Shown here piece after piece: positions 1 to 12,456 of a stretch of DNA of 64,000 bases. The translations under genes and the position numbers were made by a program. Under the pieces are notes generated by a model. It searched no databases. It had not been told where the DNA came from and saw only the letters and a program-made list of their open reading frames with translations. Every line of letters begins with the position of its first letter. Within the stretch, counting starts at the first letter, position 1. This stretch comes from Camelus dromedarius (lineage: Eukaryota), in NCBI RefSeq assembly GCF_036321535.1, contig NC_087436.1, positions 40,116,001 to 40,180,000 on the forward strand, given 5' to 3'.

Positions 1-1720
1 TTGCCTAATTGCTCTGGCTAGGACTTCCAATACTATGTTAAGAGTGGTGAGAGTGGGCATTATTTTGTTCCTGATTGTAGAGGAAAAGCTTTCAGCTTTT
101 CACTATAGAATATGATATGAACTGTGGCTTTTTCATGTTTGAACTTTATTATGTTGATGTATGTTCCTACTATACCCATTTTGTTGAGAGTTATCATGAC
201 AGAATGTTGAATTTTGTCAAATGCTTTTTCTGCATCTGTTGAGATGATCATATTATTTTTATCCTTCATTATGTTCATGTGGTGCATTATGTTGATTAAT
301 TTGTCTCTGTTGGAATATCCCTGCATCCCAGTGATAAACATCATTTGATCATGGTGTATGATACTTTTAATGTGTTATTGAAATAAGTTTGCTAGTATTT
401 TATTGAGAAATTTTGCATCTATGTTTATCAGGGTATTTTTTTTTCTTATAGTGTTCTTATCTGGCTCTTGTATGAAGGTAATGCTGGTCTTGTAAAATAA
501 GTTTGGATGTTTCCTTTTTAATTTTTTTGGAAGAGTTTGAAAAAGATTAACTTTAAACATTCAGTAAAATTTACCAGTGAAGCCATCTGGTTCCTGGGCT
601 ATTATTTGCTGTGAGGAATTTTGATTACTGCTTCAATCCCCTAACTTATTATTAGTCTCTTTATATTTTATATGTCTTCATGATTCAGTCCTGGTCAGTT
701 GTATGTTTCTAGAAATTCACGTATTTTTTCTAGGTAATTCAATTTGTGTGTGTGTATAATCATTCACAGTAATCTCTTGTGATTCTTTGTATTTATGTGG
801 TATCAGTTGTAGTATCTCCTCTTTCATTTCTGATTTTGAGTCCTCTCTCTTTTTTTTTCCTTGATGAGTCTAGCCAAATGTTTCTTTTTTGTATCTTTTC
901 AAAAAACTATCTCTTAGTTTCTTTAAGTTTTTCTATTGTCTTTCTTGTCTCTAATTCATTACTTCTGCTCTAATACTTATCATTTTCTTCTTTCTGCTAA
1001 TTTTGGGCCCAGTTTTTTTTTTCCTAATTACTTGAAGTATGAAGTTAGGTTTTTCATTTGTGATATATTTTTTCTAGGTGTATGCATTTATTGCTACAAA
1101 TCTTCTTAGAACTGCTTTTGCTTCATCCCTTAAGTTTTGATCTGTTGAATTTCCATTTTTGTTCATTCTGAGATATTTTTATTTCCCTTTTTACGTCTTC
1201 TTTGACTCGTTTGTTATTTAGAAGTATATCACTTACTTGCCACATAATTGTGAATTTTCAATTTTCCTCTTGTTATTGATTTCTATTTAATATCATTGTG
1301 GTTAGAAAAGATACTTCATATAATTTCAGTCTTGCTAAATTCCTTAAGCCGTATTTTGTGATCTGACATATGAGCTATCCAGAGAATGTGCTCTTGCTCT
1401 GTGTGCTTGAGAGGTATACGTTCTCCTTTTGTTGGATTGAGTGGTCTCTATATGTCTGTTAGGTTCTTTGGTCTATAGTGTTAGTCAGGACTGAGTTTGG
1501 CAGGCCTGTTCCCTGAAGCATGGGTAGAAGTGACACCTGCTGGGTCCCTTTGGTAGATGGTGCTAGTGACAGAAGGACTTTGCCAGGTCACTGCTTGGGA
1601 CCTGGGTAAGCAGGACTACCATTAGACTGCAGCTAGGTGGGGCTGAAGCCAAATCAAAGGGCTGTTTAAGGATCTGCAGTCATGCAGTCAATGGGCCTGC
1701 CTCTAGGGGAAAGGTGGGTA
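1..1720 (-). mobile_element. LINE-1 fragment: decayed ORF2 (RT to endonuclease) joined at ~1483 to a GC-rich L1 5'UTR piece
   Basis: Minus ORFs 60-344 ([14 protein letters not shown]...KLKAFPLQSGTK) and 375-560 (NIDAKFLNKILAN) are L1 ORF2 motifs. The reverse complement of 1483-1720 resembles the L1 5'UTR at ~54670-54770. Confidence 0.9.
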
Positions 1721-1724
1721 ATTA

Positions 1725-3770
1725 TCTTGATATTGTTTTTGTGGAGCAGTTTTTTTCATTTTATTAAAGTTCAGCTTATCAATTATTCCTTTCATGGATT
1801 ATTTCTTTGCTGTTGTATCTAAAAAGGCATCACCATACTCATGGTCTTTTAGGTTTGTATTATGTTATCTTCTAGGAGTTTTATAGTTTTGCATTTCACA
1901 CTTCAGATGTATGATCCATTTTGAGTTAGTTTTTATGATGGGTATATGGTCTATGTCTAGACTCAGTCCAGCCATTCTAGCATTATTTGTTGAAAAGACT
2001 GTCTTTGCTTCATTGAATTGCCTTTGCTCTTCTATCAAAGATCAGTTTACCATAATTATGTGAGTCTGTTTCTTGACTTCTGTTCTGTTGATCCATTGTC
2101 TATTCTTCTTGCTAGCACCACTCTGTCTTGATTATTGCAGTTAACACTAAGACTTGAAGTCAAGAAGCATCAGTCTCCAACTTTGTTCTTTTCCTTCAAT
2201 ATTGCGCTGTTTATATTGAGTCTTTTGTCTCTCCAAATAAATATCAGAATCAGTTTGTCAATAACCATGAAATAATTTGTTAGAATTTTGATTGGAATTG
2301 TATTGAATCTGTACATCAAGTTGGGAAAAACAGACATCTTGAAAATAGAGTCCTCCTATCCATGAACATGGAATATCTTTCCATTTATTTAGTACTTACT
2401 TATTTTTGTTTATTAATGTTTTGTAATTTTCCTTAATATAGATCTTATACAAATTTTGTTAGATTTATACTTGTGTTTCAATTTTTGTGCTAATATTAAT
2501 GGAATTGTGTTTTAATTTCAAATACTACTTGTTCATTGTTGGTCTATAGGACAGCAAATGACTTTTATTTATTAGTCTTGTATCTTCCAGCCTTACTATA
2601 ATTGCTTATTAGTTCCAGTTTTTGTTGTCAATTCTTTTGGATTTTCTATATGGACAATCATGTCATATGTGGAAAAAGACAGTTTTATGTCTTCTTTCCC
2701 AATATGTATATATTTTATTTCCTCTTCTTGCTTTATTGCTTTATTGCAGTAACAAGGACTTCTACTGCAATGTTGAAAAGGAGTGGTGAGAAGGGACATC
2801 TTGCCTTGTACCTAATCTTAGTTGGAAAGCTTCAAGTTTTGTATCATTAAATATGATGTCAGCTTGTAGGTGTTTTGCAAATAGTCTTTATCTTTTTAAA
2901 AGGTTCCCCTCTATTGCTATTATGTTGAGAGTTTTTGTCATGAATGGCTATTGGGTTTTGTAAATACTTTTTCTGCATCTATTGATACGATCTTGTTATT
3001 TTTCTTTTTTAGCCTTTTGAAGTGATGAACTACATTCATTATTTTCAAATGTTGAATCAGCCTCGCATATCTGGGGTAAGTGCCATTTGGTTGTGGTGTG
3101 TAGTTCTTTTTATACTTTTTAAGATTCAGTTTCCAATATTTTGGTTTCTTGCATCTGTGTTCTTGAAAGATATCAGTCTGTATTTTCTTTCCTTGTAAAG
3201 TCTTTGATTTAGGATAATGCTGACCTCATAGAATGAAGTAGGAAGCATTTCCTCAACTTTTATGCTCTGAAAGACATTGTAAGAATTGGTGGAGTTTCTT
3301 CCTCAAATATTTGGTCAAATTCACCAGGGAGTCAGTGTAGCCCTAGTGCTTTCTGCTTTGGAGGGTTATTAATTATTGATTAAAAATCTTAAATCTACAT
3401 AGACCTGTTACAATCTTCTATTTCTTCTCTGTGACTTTTGGCAGATTGTATCTTTGAAGGAATTGGTGTATTTCATCTAGGTCATCAAATTGGTTAGCAA
3501 ATAGTTGTCTATATTATTGATTTATTATCCTTTTATATCCCTGGGATCTATAGAGGTATGCCCTCTTTCATTTCTGATATTAGGAATTTTAGTCCCGTCT
3601 CTTTTCTTCTGCTTACTTAGGATTTAATTTGCTCTACTTTTTCTAGTTCTCTGCAAAAGAAAGTTAGATTATTGACTTCAAATGTTTCTTCTTTTCTAAT
3701 ATATGCATTCAATGCTATAAATTTCCCTCAAATTTTGATATTTTCCACCTGCTGGATGTGTTCATGTCTT
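1725..3770 (-). mobile_element. Old LINE-1 (L1MC-like) ORF2 fragment
   Basis: Minus ORF 2596-2799 ([22 protein letters not shown]) matches the L1 RT motif region. The sequence resembles the copies at 19740-21058 and 40710-43941. Confidence 0.85.
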
Positions 3771-3771
3771 T

Positions 3772-3985
3772 TAATTTAATTTTTTTCTTCTAGTTTAATT
3801 AAGATGTAGTTGACATACAGCACTGTATAAGTTTAAGTGTACACCATAATGATTTGACTTACATATATCATGAAATGATCATCACAGTAAGTTTAGTGAA
3901 CATTCATCATCTCATATAGATGCAATATTAAAAAATAGAAAAAACATTTTTCCTTGTTATGAGAACTCTTAGGATTTACTCTTTT
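3772..3985 (-). mobile_element. LINE-1 3' end fragment (L1MA9-like or related)
   Basis: T-tract followed by 'gatgtagttgacatacagcactgtataagtttaagtgtac', a typical eutherian L1 3'UTR terminus. Confidence 0.75.
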
Positions 3986-4269
3986 CTCTAAGTTTAAATA
4001 CATGTTTATTGAAAGCATTCATTAGCTCACATACTGAATAGAAAATAATTCACATATTCTTAGTAAATATGTGAATAATAAATAAAATACATTTATGAAT
4101 TTCTGAACTAATATTAATTAGAACATCACTTGTTCAATATTTTATTTAAAATAATATTCTAGCCCACTAAAATTTTTTTTTAATTATATAATTCCATTAT
4201 GGCACAGAGTGACACAAAAATGAAAATATACCTGTAATTTCACAAGATACGGCCTTCCTTAACTATGTA

Positions 4270-6000
4270 ATTTTTTTTTATTGTAGTACAGTTAATTTAT
4301 AATATTATATGAGCTTCAGGTATACAGCATAGTGATTAAGTATTTTTATAGATTATACTGCATTTAAAGCTGTTACAAAATAATGGCTATATTTCTCTGT
4401 GGTGAACAATGTATCCTTGTTGCTTATCTATTTTATACGTAATAGTTTGTATCTTTCAATCCTGTACTCCTATCTGACCACTCCCCCCTTGCCTCTCACC
4501 AGTGTTAACCACTAGTTTGTTCCCAGTATCTGAGTCTGTTTCTGTTTTTATATATATATATATATATATATTCATTTTATTTTTTAGATTCCATGTGTAA
4601 GTGATAATATAATTTCATATTATAATGTATAACTTTATTATACATATATGTATATATGCCTCACATCTTTATCCATTCATCTGTTGATGGACATGTAGAT
4701 TGCTTTGGTATCTTGGCTGTTGCAAATAATGCTACTATAAACATTGGAGTGCATTTACCTTTTTGAATTAAGGCTTTTGTTTTCTTCAGATACATACCCA
4801 GTGGTGGAATTGCTGGGCCATATGGTGGTTCTATTTTTAGTTATTTGAGGAGCATGTATATTGTTTTCCATAGTGGCTGCACCAATTTACATTCCTACCA
4901 ACAGTGTGCTTGAGTTCTTTTTTCTCCACATCTTAGCCAGCACTTATTATTTGTACATGTTTTGATGATAATCATCTTGACAGGTGTGAAGTGATATCTC
5001 ATTGTGATTTTGATTTGCATTTCTCTGATGATGAACAATATTGAACATTTTTTCGTTTGCCTCTTGGCCATCTATATATCTTCTTTGGAAGAATGTCTGC
5101 TTGGGTCTTCTGCCCATTTTTAAACTGGGTCATTTGGTTTTTTAATATATTGATGGTTTCCTTAGCTGGGAAAAACACTTTAATTAGGTCCCATTTGTTT
5201 ATTTTTTGCTTTCCTTTCTTTTGCTTTAGGAGACATCCAAAAAATACTGCTACAATTTATGTCAAACAGTGTTCTATGTTCTCTTCTAGGAGTTTTATGA
5301 TTTCAAGTCTTATATTTAGGTCTTTAATCCATTTTGAGTTTATTTTTGTATATAGTGTTAGAGAATGTTCTAATATTATTCTTTTACATGTAGTTATCCA
5401 GTTTTTCTGGCACCATTTATTGAAGACACTGTCTTTTCTTCATTGTATATTCTTGCCTTCTTTGTCATGGATTAATTGACTATAACTGTGTGAGTTTATT
5501 TCTGTGCTCTGTTCTGTTTTGTATCTGTTTTTGTGCCAGTTTCATGCTGTTTTGATTACTGTAGCTTTGTAGTATAGTCTGAAATCAGGCAGCATTGTAA
5601 CTCTAGCTTCGTTCTTTTTCCCCAAGATTACTTTTACAATTTGGGTCTTTTGTGATTCCATATACATTTTAGGATTATTTGTTCTAGTTCTGTGAAACAT
5701 TTTATAGGTATTTTGATAAGGATTACATTAAATCTGTAGATTGCTTTGAGTAGCATGGACATTTGAACAATAAAAATTCTTCCAATCCATGAATACAGGT
5801 TATCTTTCCATTTCTTTGTATTATCTTCAATTTCCTTTATTAAAGTTTTATAGTTTTCAGAGTATCAGTATTTCACCTCCTTAATTAAGGTTATTCCTAG
5901 GGATTTTATTCTTCTGATGTGATTTTAAAGGGGATTTTTCTTCTTGTTTTCTCTTTGTGATGGTTCATTATTTGTGTATAGAAAAGCAATGGATTTCTAT
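4270..6000 (-). mobile_element. 5'-truncated LINE-1 (cetartiodactyl-type 3'UTR plus ORF2 C-terminal half)
   Basis: Poly-T at ~4271, then the L1 3'UTR and ORF2 antisense. It closely parallels the copy at 43942-46981. Confidence 0.88.
4549..4571. repeat. (TA)n microsatellite
   Basis: Run of about 11 TA units, seen directly. Confidence 0.95.
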
Positions 6001-8378
6001 ACATTTCATAATGTTTACCACCAGAATTCTAGTTATATGTCACCATACGAAGAAATTACATAGTTATTGATATATGCCTCACCTGTACATTTCATACTTA
6101 TGACTCATTTGTTTGCAACTAAAAGATTGTACCTGTTAATCTCCCTCACCTATTTCTTTCCTCCCCTTATCTCCTCCCCTTTGTTAACATCTGCTTGTTC
6201 TGTGCAGCTCTGATTCTGCTTTTTTATGTTTATTTATTTCGTTTTTTAGATTGCATATACAAGTGAAATCATACAGGGCTTATCTATCTGTGTCTGGTTT
6301 ATTTCACTTAACATAAGATAGTCTAGGTCCATACATGCTGTCTCAAAAGACAAGAATTTATTATTTTTTATGGATGAGTAATATTCCACTTTATACTACA
6401 TCTTTATCAATTCATCTTTTGATGGACAGTTTCCATTTTCTTCAGCTTAATACCCAAGAGTGGAATTGCTGGATATTATGGTAGTTCTATTATTAAATTT
6501 TTGAGCATCTCCATATTATTTTCCAGCAGGTGTACACATTTAGATTCTCACCAACAGTGCACAAGGATGCCCCTTTTCTCCTCATCCTTGCCAACACTTA
6601 ATTGTTGTCTTTTTGATCATAACCATTCTAAGAAGTGTAAGGTGATATCTCATTGTGACTTTGATTTACATTTCCCTGATGATTCATGATGCTGAGCATC
6701 TTTTCATGTACCTTCTAGCCATCTGTATGTCTTTGGAAAAATGTCTGTTCAGAACCTCTGCCCATTTAAAAATTGTCCTTTATGTTGAGTTGTATCAGTT
6801 CTTTGTGTATTTGTATATTAATCCTTTGGCAGATATATCATTTGCAAATAACTTCTCCCCTTCAGTAGGTAGCCTTTTTGTTTTATTTGATTTCCTTTGC
6901 TGTTCAAAAGCTTTTAGTTTGATGTACTCCTGTTTGTTTATTTTTGTGTTTCTTTCCCTTACCTGAAGAGATATATCCAAAATAATATCACTAAGTCCAA
7001 TGCCAAAGGCCCTACTCCCTATGTTTTCTTGCAGAAGTTTTATGGTTTTAGGGCTTAAATTTTTTAATTCATTTTGAATTTATTTCTGTGCATGGTGTAT
7101 GAGAACAATCCAGTTTGATTCTCTTACATTTAGCTGCCCAGTTTCCCCAGCACCATTTATTGAAGAAGTCTTTTCCCCATTGTATATTCTTGTCTCTTTT
7201 GTTATAGATTAACTTCCCATATAATTGTGGATTCATTGCTAGGCTCTCTATTCTCCTCCACTGATCTGTCTGTTTTTGTGCTAATACCATGTTATTTTGA
7301 TGAATGTAGCTTTTGTAGTATAGCGTGAAATCAGGGAGCATGATCCCTCTAACTTTATTCTTCTTTCTCAAGATAATTTTTGCTATTCAGGGTCTTTTGT
7401 GTTTCCATACAAATTTTAGAATTATTTATTCTAGTTCTGTTCAAAAAAACCCCATCAATTTTGATAGAGATTGCATCAGATCTGTAAATTGCCTTGAGTA
7501 GTATCATCATTTTAACAGTATTAATTCTTCAAATCCATAAGCATGGAATATATTTCCATCTGTTTGTGTAGTCTTCAATTTGTTTCAACAGTGTCTTACA
7601 GTTTCCCAAGTACAGGTCCCTTACCACCTTAGTTAGATTAATTCCTAAGTGTTCTATTCTGTATGCAATTGTGAATGGAATTGTTTTATGAATTTCTCTT
7701 TATGATAGTTCATTGTTAGTGCCTAGAAATGCAAGATTAATTCCTAAATGTTCTATTCTGTATGCAATTGTGAATGGAATTGTTTTATGAATTTCTCTTT
7801 ATGATAGTTCATTGTTAGTGCCTAGAAATGCAACAGATTTCTGTATATTAAATTTGTATCCTGCAACTTTACCAAATTTATTGATGAGCTCTAGTAGTTT
7901 TTTGGTGGTGTCTTTAGGATTTTCTATGTATACTATCATGTCATCTGCAAAGAGTGACAGTTTTACTTCATTCTTTCTAATTTGGAGTCCTTTTATTTCT
8001 TGTTTATTTCTTGTGGTGAGGACTTCCAATACCGTGTTCAGTAGACCTTTCAAGAGTAAGCATCCTTGTCTTGTTCCTGATCTTGAAGGTAATGCTTTCT
8101 GCTTTTCACCATTGAGTATGATGTTAACTGTGTGCCTGTCATATATGTCCTTTATTATGTTGAGGCATATTACCTCTATACCCACTTTCTGGAGAGTTTT
8201 TATCATATTATGGATGTTGGATTTTGTTTAAAGCTTCTTCTGCATCTGTTGAGATGATTATAAGATTTTTATTCTTCAGTCTGTTAATATGGTGTATCAA
8301 ATCGATTGATTTGCAGATACTGAATCATCCTTGCATCCCTGAGATATATCTCACTTTGTCATGGTGTATGATCCTTTG
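6000..8378 (-). mobile_element. LINE-1 fragment (3'UTR plus ORF2 including RT domain)
   Basis: Minus ORFs 7069-7371 and 7799-8206 (SGTRQGC...[18 protein letters not shown]...FGKVAGYK) contain the L1 RT FADD motif. Confidence 0.92.
7635..7832. repeat. 99-bp tandem duplication within L1 ORF2
   Basis: 7635-7733 and 7734-7832 are identical except for one substitution (aagt/aaat). Confidence 0.95.
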
Positions 8379-9010
8379 CCTCTGGACTGCGAACATTACA
8401 AGTGTTTCTCATTTTTTCCTCCTCACTTAGGATGTTTCTAGTGGGCTAGAGTTGGGTATTTCTCTTTCCCTGTACAGGCTCTGCTAATACCCCAGCAGGT
8501 TAGGATCTAGTTAATTAATTTCCTTCAAGGGCAGACCTCGTTAAGGAGAGCAGACTGCTCTGATGTATTTCAAATTGGTTCCTTCCCCTCCCCCTGCCAG
8601 AAGACCCAGAGAATTTTTCTATGTTTAATATGGGAACCTGGTCAACCTCCTCATAAATCTCACAATATTATATCCTCTTTTCTCCAATAATTGGGTCCCC
8701 TGGTGTTTTTATGTCTCAGAGGTGTCCATTCTGAGTCTCCAGCAATTTATCATCTACAGTTTAGGTTTTTCTATGCTGTGACTTTTTCCTGAGACAGTTT
8801 CCTCTCAAGTGTCTCTGCATTATGGATAGGGTGTGATTCTGTATTCACCAGTCTGTCTCTCCAACCTTAGAGGCAGTGGTTTGTTCTGGTTTCTCCGTTC
8901 TGTTATGGACCCAAGAAAAGCTGTTAATTTTTCAGTCTGTTCTGCTTTTTACTTGTTTGTAGAGTGGAGTGGTGACTTCTAAACTGCTTACATGTGGAAC
9001 CAGAAACTGA
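8378..9010 (-). mobile_element. 5' end of an old LINE-1 (L1MC-like 5'UTR), probably belonging with 1725-3770
   Basis: Clearly similar to 47720-48430 ('gggctagagttgggtatttc', 'ttttcagtctgttctgctttttacttg', 'gagtggtgacttctaaac'). Confidence 0.75.
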
Positions 9011-9626
9011 GCAAGAAGTTTCTCTTATAAGTACAAGTGCCAGAAAACAGAATTCAATATCTGGTATTCATTTTCAGTGGCTCTCAGTCATGAATATTTG
9101 CTTTCACTGACTTTCTCTTCATAAGCCACCAAAACTAATCACAGTTTCAAAAATGGAAAAAATTGAAATTGGACTCTTTTGAATTTAAATAACAAAACAG
9201 AACAGATGTGAAAATGAAGTAGAAACATGGTGTAGATTCTAAGGAGAGAAGAAGTCCTTAAGTAATTATATTTTCTATGGCTAAGCAAAGTATAATTTTA
9301 AAAATAATGAAAATACAGAAATATTTTTAAACTTAATTTTTAGTTTGATTATGTAATACAGAATATCTTTCCTGTTATTGTAAGTTTGTAGTTAACAACA
9401 TATGTTTTGGATATTTACACATGCGTGTGTGCACACACATGCAGACGTAAAAATCATTCGTTTTGTTTTAACTATTACATGTTAATATCTTGTTACACAC
9501 TTTTACTATGGAGCTTTTATAAGAAGACTTTCTTGCCTATGGTATAAACAATTCATCTTAATTTGTCTTCCTACAAGACTAAAATAATAATTTATTATTA
9601 ATACAAAATAAAATCTCAGTTTAAAC

Positions 9627-9865
9627 ACTTATATAGTGCATACCACGTACAGGTGCTTTTCAAAGATTTTTACTGATCTTAGCTCTTTTAAATTTTACCA
9701 TAAACTTATAAATTAGATTATTATTCATCCTATTTTATGATATGGGAACTGTGGCACACTGAGGTTAAATAACTTGGCGAAGGTAAGTTGTTGGTAGTAA
9801 TGGAGTCAGAATTCCAATCTACAGAGTCTGACTTTTGAACCTGTCTGCTTCCTGCTGCACTGCAG
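9627..9865 (-). mobile_element. MIR SINE
   Basis: Core 'attttatgatatgggaactgtggcacactgaggttaaataacttggcgaaggt' matches the recalled MIR core. Confidence 0.85.
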
Positions 9866-10409
9866 CACCTCGCCAGCTGTGAGTCAGATATGTCCCTAGG
9901 CTATAATCTTAGGAGTATAGGAAGAAGTATAACAGTTTCACTTTTAATTGTCTTCAAACAAAGGGAGATTAAAATGTGGGCATTTTTGCATTATGGAAAA
10001 AGAGAGCATTATCTCTATGGCTAGCAGGAGCCATGAGATGGAGTCTATTAAGTTGTACTTGCTTATCTTAGACATGAGTATAGTGATTTGGGGACAAAAT
10101 ATTTCAAAGCTCAATTTGTTTCCTTTCTGATTTTACTGGAATTCGTAAGTTCTAAACTGTTATTTAGAAACAGCAAATATTCAGCAGACAAAAATGAACA
10201 CATTGAGCAAATATATTTCAGTTGAAGGCAGAACAAGGGAAATATATAGCAGGTAGAAAATAGTGTCTCTCTGGTGGTATCAGAGAAGAGTACATAGAAG
10301 CAATCTCAAGGTTGGGCAAAGTTATTCCAAAACCCAAAAAATAGCCTGCAGAAAGGCCCTGACTCATTCACCATTGCTGGGTTGCTGGTCATTTGCATGA
10401 TTGCTCTGG

Positions 10410-11010
10410 AATCAATTTCTTGCCCTTCCTCTGCTCTACTCTGAGTAGCTAGAGGCTCACCACAGCACTGTATCCCAAGTTCCCTTGTTCATTGGCTCTG
10501 GCTAATGTCACAGGGAGAGAACAGAGGCTGGAAAGAAACAAAGAAGCCAGAGCACATCTTCCCAATTTTTTTTTCCTGATTCTGTCTGTATCCTTGGTAA
10601 AGGCTGTATTTCCTCTGTGCATCTAGTTCCTATGGAAGCCCTTCTGTTTGTTGTTTTGTTTTGTTTTGTTTTTACTGAAGTATAGTCAGTTTACAATGTT
10701 GTGTTAATTTCTGGCATACATTATAGTTATTCAGATATATATATATATCACACAGGAGACTTAGCATTTCTCTGAGGTCACAGGGGACTATTTAATTTAT
10801 ATATATATTCTTTTTCACTATAGGCTATTGCAAGGTATTGAATATAGTTCCCTGTGCAACACAGTAGGACCTTGTTGCTTATCTATTTTATATATAATAG
10901 TATCTGCAAATCCTGAACTCCCAACTTAGCCCACCTAGTGGCTATAAGACTCCTGGGCTCTGGTAAACTAGGGGATGGTAATGGTTTTCTTTTCTTACCA
11001 AACTCTGAAA
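10410..11010 (+). mobile_element. Old ERVL-class LTR (LTR33-like), interrupted by an L1 3' fragment
   Basis: Motifs 'tcccaagttcccttgttcattggctctggctaatg', 'aagaagccagag' and 'gggctctggtaa...gggatggtaatggtttt'. Confidence 0.55.
10645..10930 (-). mobile_element. Short young L1 3'-end insertion
   Basis: (GTTTT)n tail plus 'tgaagtatagtcagtttacaatgttgtg', shared with copies at 12185, 21550, 24935 and 55670. Confidence 0.85.
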
Positions 11011-12182
11011 GTCTGGAGAAATATGTTAAAGTTGGAGGGTATTTTTTTTTTTTTGAGAGGGGGAAACTGATAAAATAAATAGTTAAATGAAAAGTGTTAA
11101 GGACTGAAAAAGCATGATCTATTTTCATCCCATTTAGAATTTCTATTTTTGAGCATAATGTTAGATAAGGTCAGTTGTAGCCACAATACAAGTTGGGTTA
11201 ACACCTAAAAATGCAAAAAGGAGGGCTGTTAAATGTTCTGGTGATAGTAGAATAAAAACAAACAAACAAATAAAAAACAGACATGGATCCATGATCCAGC
11301 AGAATGGAAAGCAAATAAGGAGTCAAAGCAAAGGAATACATCATTGGTCCATTTGGCTGGGTATCACTAGAGTGCAGAAGAGGTGTTCTGTCATCTAAAG
11401 GGAAGATGCCAGCACTGCGCGTGACTGATACAGCTGTAGGAGGAACAGCCACCACTGAAGATGGCTGCACGAAAAGTAGTATCTTTTAGGAACAAGGAGA
11501 TGTGAAGGACAAGGGGATGTATAAAATCACCTGTGAGGAGGTAGAGGATTAGGGAGAGTTTACTCATGATGAACTTGGGGATCCAGTGATCATAGCGGCA
11601 TGGATTGTAAGAAATGTCAATAGTGGAATGGTGAATTTGTGGGAGAAATGTGTAGAGCAGTACAGAAAGGATAGAGTGACTTCACCAATACAATCATGGT
11701 TATAATCCTGTCCTGTGGTTCTGAACTGCTCTAAGTTATCGAACATCTGAGGGCTCTCTCTTCTGATTGATATAGAGGCTCTTTAAAGTTATCCATATTG
11801 ATTTTTATTTATCCTCTCACTATATCTTAAATTTCTATACACCTGAGTACATTTATGTGTGTATGTTTGCTTGTTTCAACCTGCCTCAGCCATTCTAGGA
11901 GATTTTCAAGAGAATGAAGTACTCATTTGCAAATTGTATGCTCAAAGTCAAGAGTGAAATTTAGGGAGACAGGGTTAGCAAGAACTTTTTTCTGTCAGTT
12001 TTGTTTTCTGTGTTGTTTATCAAGGAATTATTTTCTTACCTACAAATGTGCATAAACACACACACACGAGAGAAAATATATTATTTATGATCTCTGGAAT
12101 GCCATTTAATGATGTGATTCAGGAAAACAAACAAAAAAAGCAAATTATAATTTAAGTTATCTACAGGAAATTTTGATGGTTT

Positions 12183-12456
12183 ACCTTTTAATTGAAGTAT
12201 AGTCTGTTGTAATGTGTCAGTTTCTGGTGTACAGCATAATGTTTTAGTCATAAATATGCATACATATATTCATTTTCATATTTTTTATTATAGGTTACTA
12301 TAAGATATTGAATACAGTTTCCTGTGCTATACAGAAGAATTTTTTTTTGTCTATTTATGTATAGTAGTTAATATTAGCAATTCTCAAAATCCCAGTTTAT
12401 CCCTTCGCACCTGTTACTCCCAGTAAGCACAGGATTGTTTACTATGTCTGTGAGTC
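12183..12456 (-). mobile_element. Short young L1 3'-end insertion with 10-bp TSD
   Basis: TTGATGGTTT flanks both sides (12173-12182 and 12457-12466). Confidence 0.9.

Noticed and set aside
5057..5479. Hydrophobic plus-strand ORFs (also 6655-6966, 7812-8231, 28819-29151, 40834-41181) as membrane proteins
   Set aside because: They are antisense readings of A-rich L1 ORF2, which give F/L/I-rich pseudo-proteins.
7799..8206. 135-aa ORF with reverse-transcriptase FADD motif as a functional gene
   Set aside because: It is a fragment of a truncated, frameshifted L1 ORF2. The same applies to all other L1-derived ORFs in the track.
11150..11700. Second pseudogene in a purine-rich stretch
   Set aside because: The translations match nothing I recognise. 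It is more likely a very old L2 remnant, but too degenerate to call.
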